Shown: positions 20,018 through 31,073, counted from the first letter of the stretch. The stretch: DNA of 64,000 bases from Phycisphaeraceae bacterium (GCA_963674705.1 OY771506.1:3200001-3264000); one strand, 5' to 3'. A program made the numbers and translations. Notes: generated from the sequence alone by a model not told the origin.

Positions 20018-20326
20018 ATGAAGATTTACGTAGGTAACCTCAGCTTCCGTACGACTCAGCAGGAGTTGGAAGACTTGTTCACGAACTACGGCAGCGTGCA
20101 GGAAGCCGCCGTCGTGACCGACCGCGAGACCGGCCGCAGCCGTGGCTTCGGTTTCGTGACCATGCCCGAAGACAGTGAAGCCAATGCCGCCATCGAAGCC
20201 CTCAACGGGACCGAGATTGAAGGCCGCACCCTCACCGTCAATGAAGCCCGTCCCAAGGCCGACCGTCCGCGTAGCGGCGGCTACGGTGGTGGCCGTGGCG
20301 GCGGCGGTGGCCGCGACCGCTGGTAA
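20018..20326 (+). CDS. RRM RNA-binding protein with Gly-rich tail
   Basis: KIYVGNL (RNP2), RGFGFV (RNP1), VNEARP, Gly/Arg-rich tail. Confidence 0.95.
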   Translation: MKIYVGNLSFRTTQQELEDLFTNYGSVQEAAVVTDRETGRSRGFGFVTMPEDSEANAAIEALNGTEIEGRTLTVNEARPKADRPRSGGYGGGRGGGGGRDRW

Positions 20327-20368
20327 ATAATTCGTCGGCTCCGGCCGGCTTATAGCTGATAATCAATT

Positions 20369-20403
20369 AACACCCCGTCGATAAACCGGCGGGGTGTTTT
20401 TTT
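20369..20403 (+). terminator. Intrinsic terminator
   Basis: AACACCCCGTCG ataaac CGGCGGGGTGTT followed by a T run. Confidence 0.8.
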
Positions 20404-20447
20404 CGTGTCAGAACACATCTCACGCGGCGGTCTGGTATCTTGAAACG

Positions 20448-21209
20448 ATGCAAGTTGTCCTTTGCCAGTTCGACATCGCGTGGGAAGACCGTGAACAGAA
20501 CCACGATCGGATTACTTCGCTGCTGGCACGCCAGTCGATCCGACCGGGTTCATTGATTGTCTTGCCGGAGATGTTTGATAGCGGTTTCACGAATCATGTG
20601 GATAAAGCGATTGATGCAGAGGGAAGGAGTCGTCGATTCATACGCGACCTCGCTCAGAAGTATTTGAGTGCTGTGGTGGCTGGGGTGGTGTGTAAACACA
20701 CGGATGGAAAAGGATTGAACCAGGCGTTGGTGGTCGGGCCGAATGGCAATGAACTGCTCCGGTACACCAAGATGCACCCGTTCAGCCCGGCAGGTGAATC
20801 CGAACACTATCTTGCAGGCGATAAGGTCGACACGTTTCAGCATGCAGGTTTCACGATCGCACCGTTTGTGTGTTACGACCTGAGGTTCCCCGAACGCTTC
20901 CGTGAAGCTGTCCGTCTGGGCGCCGAGGTCATGATTGTGATCGCCAACTGGCCCGGCACACGAGCGTCGCACTGGACCGCGCTGCTTGTTGCCCGTGCCA
21001 TCGAGAACCAGGCATACGTCATCGGTGTTAACCGCGTCGGGCAAGACCCGAAGTTAAGTTACCCGGGGCTTAGCATCGTGGTCGATCCTAAGGGACGCAT
21101 CATCGCTCAGGCCGACGATCGACCCGTCGCATTGCAGGCAGAGCTGGATCGCGTCTCATTGATGGAATATCGAAGACAATATCCGTTCCTGAAAGACATG
21201 CGGGAGTAA
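20448..21209 (+). CDS. Carbon-nitrogen hydrolase (omega-amidase/Nit-like)
   Basis: LPEMF, YTKMH, CYDLRFPE (E-K-C triad), ARAIENQ. Confidence 0.9.
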   Translation: MQVVLCQFDIAWEDREQNHDRITSLLARQSIRPGSLIVLPEMFDSGFTNHVDKAIDAEGRSRRFIRDLAQKYLSAVVAGVVCKHTDGKGLNQALVVGPNGNELLRYTKMHPFSPAGESEHYLAGDKVDTFQHAGFTIAPFVCYDLRFPERFREAVRLGAEVMIVIANWPGTRASHWTALLVARAIENQAYVIGVNRVGQDPKLSYPGLSIVVDPKGRIIAQADDRPVALQAELDRVSLMEYRRQYPFLKDMRE

Positions 21210-21245
21210 TACCGTTTGGTTTTTTTGATAAATCGATGCAAGCGA

Positions 21246-22331
21246 TCAGCTTTCTGGTAGATCAAATGTCTTTGCTGCATCGTTGATCAGGCCGGGCGGC
21301 GGTTCTTGTCCTGTAATAGACTGCGCAATCTTCGCAACGTGGGGATGGCAGTTTTCAATAAACAGGCGGAAGTTCTTCTGCGTTCCCGCAGCGGCGGTGC
21401 CGGCGATGTAGAGCCCGGGTATGTTGGTCATCATGGTTTGCGGATCGTACTTCGGCCCGCGGTTTTCGCCGACCAGTTCCACGCCGGCTTCTTCCAGCAG
21501 CGAGGTATCCATGCGGTAGCCGGTCATCAGCAACACGAAGTCGGCTTCGACATCAAACGGTTCGCCTTTGGAGGAGTCCGGCTCGCCGGCGCTGTCAGTC
21601 GGCATCAGTTGAACGTGTTGTTCAGTGATACGCTTGGGGAGGGTATTCGGATAAAACTTAATCTGTCCGGATTTGATTGATGACAACAGTTCGGGCAGAA
21701 GCCAGTACTTGACGTGTTTATCATCGAATTGCTCTTTGCGATAAGAAAGCGTGACATGAGCCCCTGCCCGCGCGCAGCGGATCGCCGCCTCGACCGCGGA
21801 GTTTCGGCCACCAACGATCAGCAGTTTTTGTGCAAAATACTGATGTGGTTCATCGAAGTAGTGGCTGACATGGCTGAGGTCTTCGCCGGGGACTTTCAGC
21901 ATCTGCGGGTGGTGCATGTCGCCGATGGCCATGACGACATGACGAACCTGGTAGGTGTGTTCGTCCTTTCCCCGGCGGGTTTTGACAATGAACTTCTCAT
22001 TGTTGGGGCAGATTCTGGTTACGCGCTCGAAGGTTCTAATGGATAACCCGAACTGCTGGACGATCCCGCGCAGGTAGGCCAGGTATTCCTCGCGCGTCGC
22101 TTTTTCCTGGTTGCTGGTCGCCAAAGGGACGCCCGCGATGGCGATACGTTCCGGGCCTGAGAAGAATTTGACCTGTTTGGGGTACCAGAAAATCGTCTGG
22201 CCGACCTGGCCCGCATCGACCTGGATGTAATCCACACCCATGTGTTTTAGAACAACCGCCAATTCCAGCCCGATCGGCCCGGCGCCGACGATCAGCACGT
22301 CTGTCTGAACTTCCTGATTCATACAATCCAT
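21246..22331 (-). CDS. FAD/NAD(P)-dependent oxidoreductase, YpdA-like
   Basis: GAGPIG, TREEYLAY, VSHYFDEPH, GGRNSA, FIEN. Confidence 0.82.
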   Translation of the reverse strand: MDCMNQEVQTDVLIVGAGPIGLELAVVLKHMGVDYIQVDAGQVGQTIFWYPKQVKFFSGPERIAIAGVPLATSNQEKATREEYLAYLRGIVQQFGLSIRTFERVTRICPNNEKFIVKTRRGKDEHTYQVRHVVMAIGDMHHPQMLKVPGEDLSHVSHYFDEPHQYFAQKLLIVGGRNSAVEAAIRCARAGAHVTLSYRKEQFDDKHVKYWLLPELLSSIKSGQIKFYPNTLPKRITEQHVQLMPTDSAGEPDSSKGEPFDVEADFVLLMTGYRMDTSLLEEAGVELVGENRGPKYDPQTMMTNIPGLYIAGTAAAGTQKNFRLFIENCHPHVAKIAQSITGQEPPPGLINDAAKTFDLPES

Positions 22332-22446
22332 GCTACCGGTTGTTGAGGTTGGCGGACAAATCTGATGTTAAATTTAGTAAATCAGTACTTGCATTATCGG
22401 CCCGTGACGCTCATACTAGGGCATAGTTAGGTATTATTATTTTCAA

Positions 22447-24081
22447 ATGGGGGTCTATATGACATCTTTCTTCCGACATGTCGCATTCTCGGCATTGGCT
22501 ATCACTTTTTTGACTTCTAGTTATGGCATAGAGGCTGAGGCCGCTATTGTCGATGGAGTCATAATGGAAATTCCGCTGAATTATTCCATCAATCGTGTGA
22601 CCAGCAATAACGTCTCGGATCGAAACTACTATATCGATGGCACCACGATCTATTGGGAGCGGTTCGGTGGTGATGAGGGCGACTCCGAGGTATTCAGCTA
22701 TGACGTTGTGACCGGTGAAAAAAAGATGCTGACCCGGAACAACATGGAAGACACGCTCTATGGCCCGGGCTTGTGGATCAGTTCAACCATCCGGTCGGAA
22801 TACTCGGATTCACTTCGAAGTAAGCTCAGGATATTCCCCAAGCTCCAAAAACGATACCAGAAGAAGACGATACGCGAATATCGCAATCGAGAGGTTTATT
22901 GGAACGGCCAACAGATCACAGACGACGCCCGTTTTGAGAAGTCGGCATGTGCGGGTGATACGCCAAGTGACGGTATTGTCTGGCTAAGCAAGCGAATGCC
23001 GCTTGACAGCAATTCCGTTCCTTCCATGACCGAATACTTCGACGTCATGTGGTACAACCCGCAGACCGGTGAGACAAACCGTCTGACAAAGCGTCGCTAC
23101 AACGGTAAGCAATCAAAGATCCGCTTTTTCAGTACAGAGAATGCCAACACGCTTGTTTTTGACGGTGATTGGGCAGTCTGGACAAGTGGGCAGATTGTGA
23201 TGAATAATGTCAAGACCGGCGAATACCAGACGCTGGATACCAATTCTGCCGCCAGGCGGATCGAGGTCTCGGATGGTTATGTCAAGTACGAAGAACCGCA
23301 GCGGTGGGACTTCGATCGCCGCATTACCGAGCCTTTAGATGGGGGACTCACCCCTGTCGATAGTGGGCCAATAGTAATTGGGGACACACAGAGTAACAGT
23401 GCATTTATTAGTGTCCTTCCAACGGCGTCAGAGAACATCGGCGCTCGTGTGAAAGTGTACGACACCGCAACGCAAACACTGATGACGATGGGTGAAGGCG
23501 CGGGATTGGACTACTACTCGGATTCCAATGCCGTGTTAGATGGTCACTATGTTGCGTATGAGCGATCGTTCGTCTACCCAAGACTCGGCGGCGTTTGGTT
23601 GCCGTTCACAGATGATTATGAACCGCCGGTATATGATCCAAACCAATTACGCCTCTTCGACATCGAAACACAGGAAGACATCCTGATTACCGATGCGGGC
23701 TCGTTCGGCGGTCTTTGCATCGACGGCTATAAGCTTGTCTTCCACATGAGGGACCCCGCTGCAGGCGAGGGCACGGACGGGGATTACGAAATCTTTGAAT
23801 ACAATATCCTGACAGAAGAATTGCGCCAGGTCACCGACAACGACGTCAACGACATGTCGCCAAAGATCAGTGGCAATACGATTGTCTGGAGTTCATTCTC
23901 GGATGACTTCGAGAGAGATATCTTCTGCGAAACCAACGCCCTCAGTATGTTCCCACATATACCTCCTACGGGTGTAACAAATGGTCCCGCCGCAACTGTC
24001 GTTATGGTTCCGGAGCCAGCCTCAGCGATGTTACTGGGTCTATCAGGTCTGATGGTGATCCGTCGAGGCCGAAAGCACTAA
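22447..24081 (+). CDS. PEP-CTERM surface protein with TolB-like/beta-propeller repeats
   Basis: Signal peptide; repeated (D)xE(V/I)FxY...(V/L)T(D/R)N motifs; VPEP-hydrophobic-RRGRKH tail. Confidence 0.8.
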   Translation: MGVYMTSFFRHVAFSALAITFLTSSYGIEAEAAIVDGVIMEIPLNYSINRVTSNNVSDRNYYIDGTTIYWERFGGDEGDSEVFSYDVVTGEKKMLTRNNMEDTLYGPGLWISSTIRSEYSDSLRSKLRIFPKLQKRYQKKTIREYRNREVYWNGQQITDDARFEKSACAGDTPSDGIVWLSKRMPLDSNSVPSMTEYFDVMWYNPQTGETNRLTKRRYNGKQSKIRFFSTENANTLVFDGDWAVWTSGQIVMNNVKTGEYQTLDTNSAARRIEVSDGYVKYEEPQRWDFDRRITEPLDGGLTPVDSGPIVIGDTQSNSAFISVLPTASENIGARVKVYDTATQTLMTMGEGAGLDYYSDSNAVLDGHYVAYERSFVYPRLGGVWLPFTDDYEPPVYDPNQLRLFDIETQEDILITDAGSFGGLCIDGYKLVFHMRDPAAGEGTDGDYEIFEYNILTEELRQVTDNDVNDMSPKISGNTIVWSSFSDDFERDIFCETNALSMFPHIPPTGVTNGPAATVVMVPEPASAMLLGLSGLMVIRRGRKH

Positions 24082-24132
24082 TAGATAGACGAAGCGATAA
24101 CACAACAAACACATCCACGATTAGCGGTGTCA

Positions 24133-24540
24133 TTACGCTGCTAATCGTGGTTTTAATAGTGGCGCTTTGTGAGGTGCTTGCAGTTGCTCGATTTGCACTG
24201 CGAGCGTTCGATCGATCTTCGCGAGTCTTTTACGGAACCCTTTATACTTCAGGTAGGGGATGAAGCCCATCTTTCTGCAGATGATGACGTAGGTCTGCAT
24301 TTCACGGATGGTGCCGCGTATACCTGTCAAGGTTTGGCAGACCTTGTCCGCATCATCGACACCGTCGGCCTCGGCGATCTTGGCGGGGATGCCGGTCACC
24401 GTCCGGCGCATCGTCGCGGCAAGCCCCGACTTTTCATCCGCGGGAAAGTCGCGCGTCTGTTGGTAGACAAACTGCACCAGCTCCACCGAGTGCTGCCAGA
24501 CGACGAGTTTTTCGAAGTGTTCAGCCATCTCAGCCTTCAT
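24133..24540 (-). CDS. Four-helix bundle protein (23S rRNA IVP/bAvd-like), divergent
   Basis: FEKLVVWQ...TRDFPADEKSGL...MRR...IPAKIAE. Confidence 0.82.
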   Translation of the reverse strand: MKAEMAEHFEKLVVWQHSVELVQFVYQQTRDFPADEKSGLAATMRRTVTGIPAKIAEADGVDDADKVCQTLTGIRGTIREMQTYVIICRKMGFIPYLKYKGFRKRLAKIDRTLAVQIEQLQAPHKAPLLKPRLAA

Positions 24541-24664
24541 ATCGGCTGAATCAACTGTGCGAATATTGGGTGTTGACGAGGGCCGTGATTACCGGCAACT
24601 GGCTTGGTTACCGGACGCGATAACGCTCATTCTGTGAGTGGGAGCATCAGTAACTGGTGTGTTC

Positions 24665-25687
24665 TTATTCTTCTTCCTCAGCCATCCCGGGCAACCATTC
24701 AGCCCAGATCAGTTGACGCTGGGGGTCCATGGTCAGTCGGAAGTTCTTCAGGAATGCGCCGCCGATCCGTCCGACCGGCCGTGCCTGGCGGTCGAACGCC
24801 TCGGGAGCCTGCTCGAACTGGACGGGCATGTCATTGAGCGTCAGACCGAATACTTCGAGTGTGTTTAACCATGTGTAGGTGCTGGCTACCGCGCCGCCGA
24901 CACCGGCGCTGTGGCCCGAGCCTGTGCCGGGTGTTGAGATAATACTCGGCCAAAGCGTCAGGCACTTACGTGGCAGCGTCAGCTCGTTGTCGGCGCCACT
25001 GTCCAGGATCAGCCAGATTTTCCGCCCCTTTCCCAGTTCCGCGTTAACTACCGGCAAGCCCGCAAAATCAAATCTGCCACGCACGGGCTTGACATCCTGC
25101 GGGGGCGCGAAGTCCTGCCTGCGGTAGACGGTCAGCGTGTCGTTGCTGTAATCCAATGTAAACGGCAAGCCACCCAACTCACGCACACCGATCAAACCGC
25201 TCACACTCGTGCCGATTCCCCGGCTCATCGGGTGCATACTGATCGCCGCGGCCCGTTGTCCTTTTACTTCCAATCCGCCAAATTCAAGCGAATCGTAGGT
25301 GCGGTACTTGAACGCTTGTGTACCACCGACGCCTACGGCTTTACTCGATCCTTCCGAGGCTAGTTCCAGCCTGCCCGCCAGACCGGTCGAGATCACCGTC
25401 AGATTGCTTCCTGTATCGAACATAAACATGCCTGCCGCTTGTCCATTTATTTTGGCGGGCGCAAGCAGGTAGCCGTTGTGGTTATGCAGCTTAATTGTCA
25501 ACGATGCCGGGAGGTTCGATGGATCGTTTACCGAGAATGTCCGTGCCGGGGCGGTAACCGTAGCCGCTACGACAGGTTCATGAGCGGTCTTTTGCCCGGC
25601 ACAACCCGCGACAACAACAATCAGAAAAGCCAGGCTAATCCGGCATAACCGCAGGGGCACACGTTGTGGGAGAGCTTGATAATCCAT
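24665..25687 (-). CDS. Double retropepsin-like aspartyl protease, probable lipoprotein
   Basis: FDTGS and LDSGA catalytic motifs, GLIG/GRIG; VAGC lipobox. Confidence 0.85.
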   Translation of the reverse strand: MDYQALPQRVPLRLCRISLAFLIVVVAGCAGQKTAHEPVVAATVTAPARTFSVNDPSNLPASLTIKLHNHNGYLLAPAKINGQAAGMFMFDTGSNLTVISTGLAGRLELASEGSSKAVGVGGTQAFKYRTYDSLEFGGLEVKGQRAAAISMHPMSRGIGTSVSGLIGVRELGGLPFTLDYSNDTLTVYRRQDFAPPQDVKPVRGRFDFAGLPVVNAELGKGRKIWLILDSGADNELTLPRKCLTLWPSIISTPGTGSGHSAGVGGAVASTYTWLNTLEVFGLTLNDMPVQFEQAPEAFDRQARPVGRIGGAFLKNFRLTMDPQRQLIWAEWLPGMAEEEE

Positions 25688-25899
25688 GGATAAGCGTTTC
25701 GAGTTCTAATTCACGAGATTTTAATATCGTTATGCGGTATTTTAGCTCAGGACGATCCCGTGTGCCTTGTATCTATTCCTATTCTTCTCGGACCCTTCTG
25801 GTTCGGATGTTTCACTGATTAAAGCACAATAATCCAGTTGCTGAAATTTGTCGAAAACAAAGGTGATAATCAACTTTCCATTCCGGTGAAGATAGATTT

Positions 25900-26352
25900 A
25901 TGGCAAACGAAGGCTCCAAAGAAGTAATCGACACATTGCACCTCACGGAGGCGCAGTGGAAGGCTTTGGCCGAACGTCTCAATGACACGGAGCCGTATCA
26001 GATGGGCAGACGCCGGCACGAGCGGCTCAGTTATCGCAAACTTATTCAGATCGCCGTGGCCATCCAGCTGCCTAACGGCCAATGGGCTGCGTACGCAGTC
26101 CGTTCACGTAATATCAGTGAAGGCGGGATCGGATTCATCCACGGTATGTTTGTGCATACCGGCACAGCCTGCCGCGTCATCCTCAAGACAAGTGATGGCG
26201 ATACCGTTTGTGTGGAAGGTGTCGTCAAATGTTGTGTGCTTCTCACAGGCAACGCGCATCACATCGGCGTACAGTTCAACCAGGAAATCGATATTGAGAA
26301 GTTCGTGATCGCACCCTCAGTTGCTTCAAATAAAACAGACGAAGCGACCTGA
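25900..26352 (+). CDS. PilZ domain protein
   Basis: RRHER and NISEGG motifs, IGVQF. Confidence 0.8.
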   Translation: MANEGSKEVIDTLHLTEAQWKALAERLNDTEPYQMGRRRHERLSYRKLIQIAVAIQLPNGQWAAYAVRSRNISEGGIGFIHGMFVHTGTACRVILKTSDGDTVCVEGVVKCCVLLTGNAHHIGVQFNQEIDIEKFVIAPSVASNKTDEAT

Positions 26353-26409
26353 TCATGAATATTGTGACATGCTTCCGACACGGCATGTTTACATCTGTAT
26401 TCGTCTGAA

Positions 26410-28008
26410 TCACTCCCACTCGATCGTTGCCGGTGGCTTGCTGGAAATGTCGTAGACCACCCGGTTCACGCCGCGGACCTCGTTGATGATTCGGTTGCTG
26501 ATCTCCGCCAGCACGTTGAACGGCAGACGTGCCCAGTCGGCGGTCATGAAGTCCTGGCTTTCTACGGCCCGAACCGCAATGACCTGCTCGTGCGTGCGGC
26601 CGTCGCCCATCACGCCAACTGCTTTGACTGGCAGCAGCACGGCGAAGACCTGGGCGGTCTTGCGGTAAAGGTTGTTTGCGACAATTTCTTCGAGCAGTAT
26701 TTCGTCGGCTTCACGCACCAGGTCGAGTTGCTCCTTAGTGACTTCACCAAGCACACGCACCGCTAATCCCGGGCCGGGGAACGGATGGCGCCAGACCATC
26801 TGATCAGGCAGGCCTAGTACAGAACCCAGTTTGCGCACCTCGTCTTTGAAGAGGTTGCGAAGTGGTTCGATCAGGTCGAATCCCAAGTCTTCCGGCAGAC
26901 CGCCGACGTTGTGGTGCAGTTTGATATTTGCCGCTGCGCCGGAATAGCCGTGGCCGGACTCGATGACATCCGGGTATAGCGTACCCTGAGCCAGGAAGCA
27001 GACACCCTCTATATCCGCCGACGCCTGCTTGAACACTTCAATAAAGCGGTGGCCGATACGTGTGCGTTTTTCCTGAGGCTCCTCAATTCCCTTCAGGTCA
27101 TCAAGAAAATCCTGTTCAGCATCGACGACGCGCAGGTCGACATCGAAGTGGCCCTTGAATGTCTGTTCGACAAGCTCACGTTCGCCTTTCCGCAAAAGGC
27201 CGTTGTCGACGAAGATACAGGTTAGTTGTTTGCCGATCGCCTTGGAAAGCATCGCAGCGACAACGGAGGAATCGACACCGCCGGAGAGCCCGCAGATCAC
27301 GCGTTTATCACCGACGACTTTGCGGATGCGGTCGACTTCGCTATCGAGAAAGTTACTCATCCGCCAGGAACCGTCGCACTTACAGGCATCGAACAGGAAG
27401 TTCGTGAGGATATCGGTGCCGTGGGGCGTGTGCGTGACTTCCGGGTGGAATTGCACGCCGTAGAAGGGTTTTTCCTTGTGGCGGACCGCTGCGTACGGGC
27501 ATGTGTTTGTTTCCGCCAGCGATTCAAAGCTGTCGGGCAGACTCTGGACCTGGTCGCCGTGACTCATCCATGCTGTCATGCTGGTGGGGATACCTTTGAG
27601 CAGATTGGCGTTATTGGTGATTTTGACGCGTACGCCACCGTATTCCCGTGCCTGAGCGTTACGGACCTCGGCCCCCAGCAGCATGCAGCCGATCTGCATG
27701 CCGTAGCATATACCCAGCACAGGGACGCCAAGCTCGAACAGGCGGGGATCGCATGTCGGGGCGCCTTCTTCATAGACGCTGCTGGGGCCACCGGAGAGGA
27801 TGATCCCGCGTGGTTTCAGAGCAGCCAGAGCTTCAAGGCTGATATCAGGGGAAACCAGCAGACTATAAACCCCGGCCTCACGGACGCGGCGAGCGATCAA
27901 TTGAACGTATTGCGAGCCGAAGTCCACGATCGGGATGACTTGCCCGGCAACACCTGCGGGCAATTCGATCGGTTCCGGGCCGGTTTTGGATTGGGTCGCA
28001 CTGGTCAT
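26410..28008 (-). CDS. guaA: GMP synthase (glutamine-hydrolysing)
   Basis: [42 protein letters not shown]. Confidence 0.97.
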   Translation of the reverse strand: MTSATQSKTGPEPIELPAGVAGQVIPIVDFGSQYVQLIARRVREAGVYSLLVSPDISLEALAALKPRGIILSGGPSSVYEEGAPTCDPRLFELGVPVLGICYGMQIGCMLLGAEVRNAQAREYGGVRVKITNNANLLKGIPTSMTAWMSHGDQVQSLPDSFESLAETNTCPYAAVRHKEKPFYGVQFHPEVTHTPHGTDILTNFLFDACKCDGSWRMSNFLDSEVDRIRKVVGDKRVICGLSGGVDSSVVAAMLSKAIGKQLTCIFVDNGLLRKGERELVEQTFKGHFDVDLRVVDAEQDFLDDLKGIEEPQEKRTRIGHRFIEVFKQASADIEGVCFLAQGTLYPDVIESGHGYSGAAANIKLHHNVGGLPEDLGFDLIEPLRNLFKDEVRKLGSVLGLPDQMVWRHPFPGPGLAVRVLGEVTKEQLDLVREADEILLEEIVANNLYRKTAQVFAVLLPVKAVGVMGDGRTHEQVIAVRAVESQDFMTADWARLPFNVLAEISNRIINEVRGVNRVVYDISSKPPATIEWE

Positions 28009-28164
28009 GGTTTTCCGTCCGTGTCAAAGCTTGGCAAAACGGGATGATAGCGAAAATATGCCAGGTCGGTAGCACGGACAGCTCTGGCGATTACGGAATA
28101 ATCCGGCTTGATTTGGTCTACGATTCACCATTTTCGCCGAACCTATGCCAGCTAAACACTTACA

Positions 28165-28938
28165 ATGCACCGCATGTTCACGCATTTGCTGATTATGCTT
28201 TCTTTGGCTGCCGTGCCTCCTTTGACACCGCAGCAGCAGGCACAATTGGAAGCGGTCCATGACGATACAACGGAGTTGATTGAGCCGGGTCTGGATGCAC
28301 TTCTCACGAACATCCTTCAATGGGAGTCGGCAGATGAGGCCGGTGCACGCATCCCCGATTATGACGGGCTTCTTGACAATCCGGCTGACGCCAGGGGGGA
28401 TCTTTTTCTGGTTGAAGGGCGGTTTGCCGGCAGGTCCAGGCGATACAAGCTACGTGAGGCCAATCCCTGGATGGGGGACGCACTGACCGAGTGGGTGATC
28501 CTCGTCCGCGAAGAGCCCGAAGAGGTGGCGGTGGTGTACTTCCTCGACCCGGAAGGGCTCATGGAAGCTCCAGGCACGGGGGCGGATGTGCGATTGGTGG
28601 GTCGGTTTTACAAAGTCTGGGCGGATACCGACCAGCAAGGGCAGTCGACACGTTACCTGACATTTGTCGCCCGATCAGCCACCGTGGCGGGGCAACGCGT
28701 TTCCGGCGATGGATCGATCCTACCGCCCATATGGCTCATTGTGGTGGTCTTAGGTATGACGTTTTTTTTCTTGCGACAGCAAATCAAGCGTCGGACGCCA
28801 AACGCGCCAAGACGCGTTATGCTGTCCGGTCCGGCCGGTCAGGATCAAACCGATCAAGACCCGGCCGAGGCCCTGAAGCAGATGACCGAGCAACATAAAG
28901 ACATAGATAGAACAGGCGAGAATCATGGCGACCGTTGA
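28165..28938 (+). CDS. Hypothetical exported/membrane-anchored protein
   Basis: Signal-like N-terminus, C-terminal TM helix, overlaps the aroB start. Confidence 0.65.
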   Translation: MHRMFTHLLIMLSLAAVPPLTPQQQAQLEAVHDDTTELIEPGLDALLTNILQWESADEAGARIPDYDGLLDNPADARGDLFLVEGRFAGRSRRYKLREANPWMGDALTEWVILVREEPEEVAVVYFLDPEGLMEAPGTGADVRLVGRFYKVWADTDQQGQSTRYLTFVARSATVAGQRVSGDGSILPPIWLIVVVLGMTFFFLRQQIKRRTPNAPRRVMLSGPAGQDQTDQDPAEALKQMTEQHKDIDRTGENHGDR

Positions 28939-30004
28939 ACTCATCCTTCCGCATCACCGCTACGACGTCCGCATCGAGCCGGGCTTGTTATCTGAGCTTG
29001 GTAGGCTTGTCCATGACCTGGCTCCGCATCATCGGGCAGCGTTGATTGTGGACGACAAGATCACGGATACGCATGGCAAGAAGGCAAAGACGTCATTGAT
29101 CGTTGCCGGCTACAACCCGCTTTTCACGACCATGCACGCGGGGGAAGACCACAAGAATCTTGCTACGGTCGAGAAGCTGTATCACGAGCTTCTAAATGAA
29201 AGGCTCGAACGCAAGAGCCCGGTGATTACCGTCGGCGGGGGGATCGTCGGGGATACCGGCGGATTCGTCGCCGCCACTTATCTGCGTGGTGTTCCGTTCG
29301 TGCAATGCCCGACCACACTGCTTGCCATGGTCGATGCGTCTGTCGGCGGAAAAGTTGGTGTGAATATGCCGCAGGGTAAGAACCTCATCGGCGCGTTCCA
29401 CCAGCCGGTGCTTGTCATCATCGACACGGACACACTAAAAACGCTCAATAAACGCGACTTCATCTGTGGCCTTGCCGAGTGCGTGAAACACGGCGTAATC
29501 CGTGACCCAGTTCTCTTTGATTGGATCGATCAGAATGCGGAATTGATCCTTTCACTGGATTCCGATTGCCTGGTTGAGCTGGTCGAGCGGAACGTACGGA
29601 TCAAGGCGGCTGTCGTGATGGAAGATGAAAAGGAAGCGGGTGTACGCGCTCACCTGAACTTCGGCCACACCTTTGCCCATGCGATTGAAGCCGGGACGGA
29701 ATACGGTAAATACCTGCACGGTGAGGCTGTATCTCTAGGCATGGTCGCGGCCGCGAAGCTTGCCGCGGATACCGGTCGATGCGATATCGTAGAACCGCTG
29801 GTTACGCTGCTGGACAAACTCGGCCTGCCGACCAAAGCATCCGACCTGCCCGCAACAGACAAACTCATGTCCATCATGCGTAGCGACAAGAAGGTGGCGG
29901 ACGGGAAGGTACGGCTGGTCCTGCCGAATTCACTCGGTACGGTATCGATCGTTACTGATACACCCGATGAAGTGGTCACCGCAGCTTGGGAGTCTTTGCG
30001 CTGA
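28925..30004 (+). CDS. aroB: 3-dehydroquinate synthase
   Basis: GGGIVGD, PTTLLAMVDASVGGK, LNFGHTFAHAIE, LHGEAV, DKK. Confidence 0.96.
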   Translation: MATVELILPHHRYDVRIEPGLLSELGRLVHDLAPHHRAALIVDDKITDTHGKKAKTSLIVAGYNPLFTTMHAGEDHKNLATVEKLYHELLNERLERKSPVITVGGGIVGDTGGFVAATYLRGVPFVQCPTTLLAMVDASVGGKVGVNMPQGKNLIGAFHQPVLVIIDTDTLKTLNKRDFICGLAECVKHGVIRDPVLFDWIDQNAELILSLDSDCLVELVERNVRIKAAVVMEDEKEAGVRAHLNFGHTFAHAIEAGTEYGKYLHGEAVSLGMVAAAKLAADTGRCDIVEPLVTLLDKLGLPTKASDLPATDKLMSIMRSDKKVADGKVRLVLPNSLGTVSIVTDTPDEVVTAAWESLR

Positions 30005-30021
30005 GAGTGCATGGCACTGAA

Positions 30022-30051
30022 AAAGTCCACGAAGATATCTCCGTGGACTTT
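30022..30051. terminator. Bidirectional terminator between convergent genes
   Basis: AAAGTCCACG aagatatctc CGTGGACTTT. Confidence 0.7.
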
Positions 30052-30082
30052 CGCGCTGCATTACTCAGCGGACTAAGTTGGT

Positions 30083-30457
30083 TTATTTGATTAACCGCAG
30101 GGTTATTGGATAGCGGTATGTCTGGCCTTCATTTGCTTTCATGCAGGCCATGATCGACAGGATCAAAGCGCCGACCCATGCCGCCAGGGCAACGAAAATG
30201 GGGATCACAAAGCACGAAGTCGCAGCGCATACCACGTAAATGATCAATAACGTGATCTGGAAGTTCAATGCTTCTTTGCCTTGGTCATCTACGAATGGCT
30301 CTTCATCCTTTTTGATCAGCCATATGATCAGGGGCCCCAGGAATCCGAGTAGAATTCCGAGCAGATGAGCCAACATCGCCATGGTTTTGGCATCTTTGGA
30401 TAACGAACTGCTGTCAAAAGAGGTGGATGGTTCGTTTGGGGTTTGTTCTTCGTTCAT
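30083..30457 (-). CDS. DUF4870 (Tic20-like) membrane protein
   Basis: AMLAHL, GPLIIWL, QGKEALNFQIT, YRYP. Confidence 0.9.
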   Translation of the reverse strand: MNEEQTPNEPSTSFDSSSLSKDAKTMAMLAHLLGILLGFLGPLIIWLIKKDEEPFVDDQGKEALNFQITLLIIYVVCAATSCFVIPIFVALAAWVGALILSIMACMKANEGQTYRYPITLRLIK

Positions 30458-30599
30458 GGGTAGTTCCTTAGAAGTCGGATGCTCAACAAGACTTGGTTAT
30501 CGGACAGTTTACCAGCTTAACTCCAGTATTGTGAAGCGCCTGCCGTGGCTGGGTATTGTATTTGTGGGCCGTACAGACTGCAGGCCCTATAATCTGCAT

Positions 30600-31067
30600 A
30601 TGCGAGCCGCCCGCCGACATGACCTGTCACCACGAGTCGAGATCATGCCCCTGATCGACGTGGTGTTTGTGTTGCTGACGTTCTACATCTATGCCATGGT
30701 CCTGATGGTACACGCCGAGATCCTGCCGGTGCAGTTACAGACGCTCTCGACCGGCCGATCCGCGGAGCCCGCCTCGATCCTGGCGATCACGGTCGACGTC
30801 CGCGGCGGGTTGTATCTCAACCGGGCGCCGGTGACGACGGATCAACTGGATGAGCGGTTAAACGAGATCGCGGAGCTTGAAAATCCGCCCAAGCTGTTCC
30901 TGGCTCTGGAAGACAATCCGCCGGTTGTGGACACATCATCTGAATCGGAGTCGGTTGCAGGTTCGCCGACAGTCGATCGCGGGCCGTTACTGATTTCGCT
31001 CATTGAACGTGTCAGACGTGCAGGGCTGGAAGACTTCAACATCGTCGGGGAGAAAGCAGGGCGGTAG
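30600..31067 (+). CDS. exbD: Biopolymer transporter ExbD/TolR family
   Basis: IMPLIDVVFVLLTF TM motif; start re-called to ATG 30600. Confidence 0.82.
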   Translation: MRAARRHDLSPRVEIMPLIDVVFVLLTFYIYAMVLMVHAEILPVQLQTLSTGRSAEPASILAITVDVRGGLYLNRAPVTTDQLDERLNEIAELENPPKLFLALEDNPPVVDTSSESESVAGSPTVDRGPLLISLIERVRRAGLEDFNIVGEKAGR

Positions 31068-31073
31068 GGGGGA

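Noticed and set aside
25820..25847. sigma28-like promoter for the second PilZ gene (TAAA-N16-GCTGAAAT)
   Set aside because: Spacing fits but the -10 box is too degenerate to support
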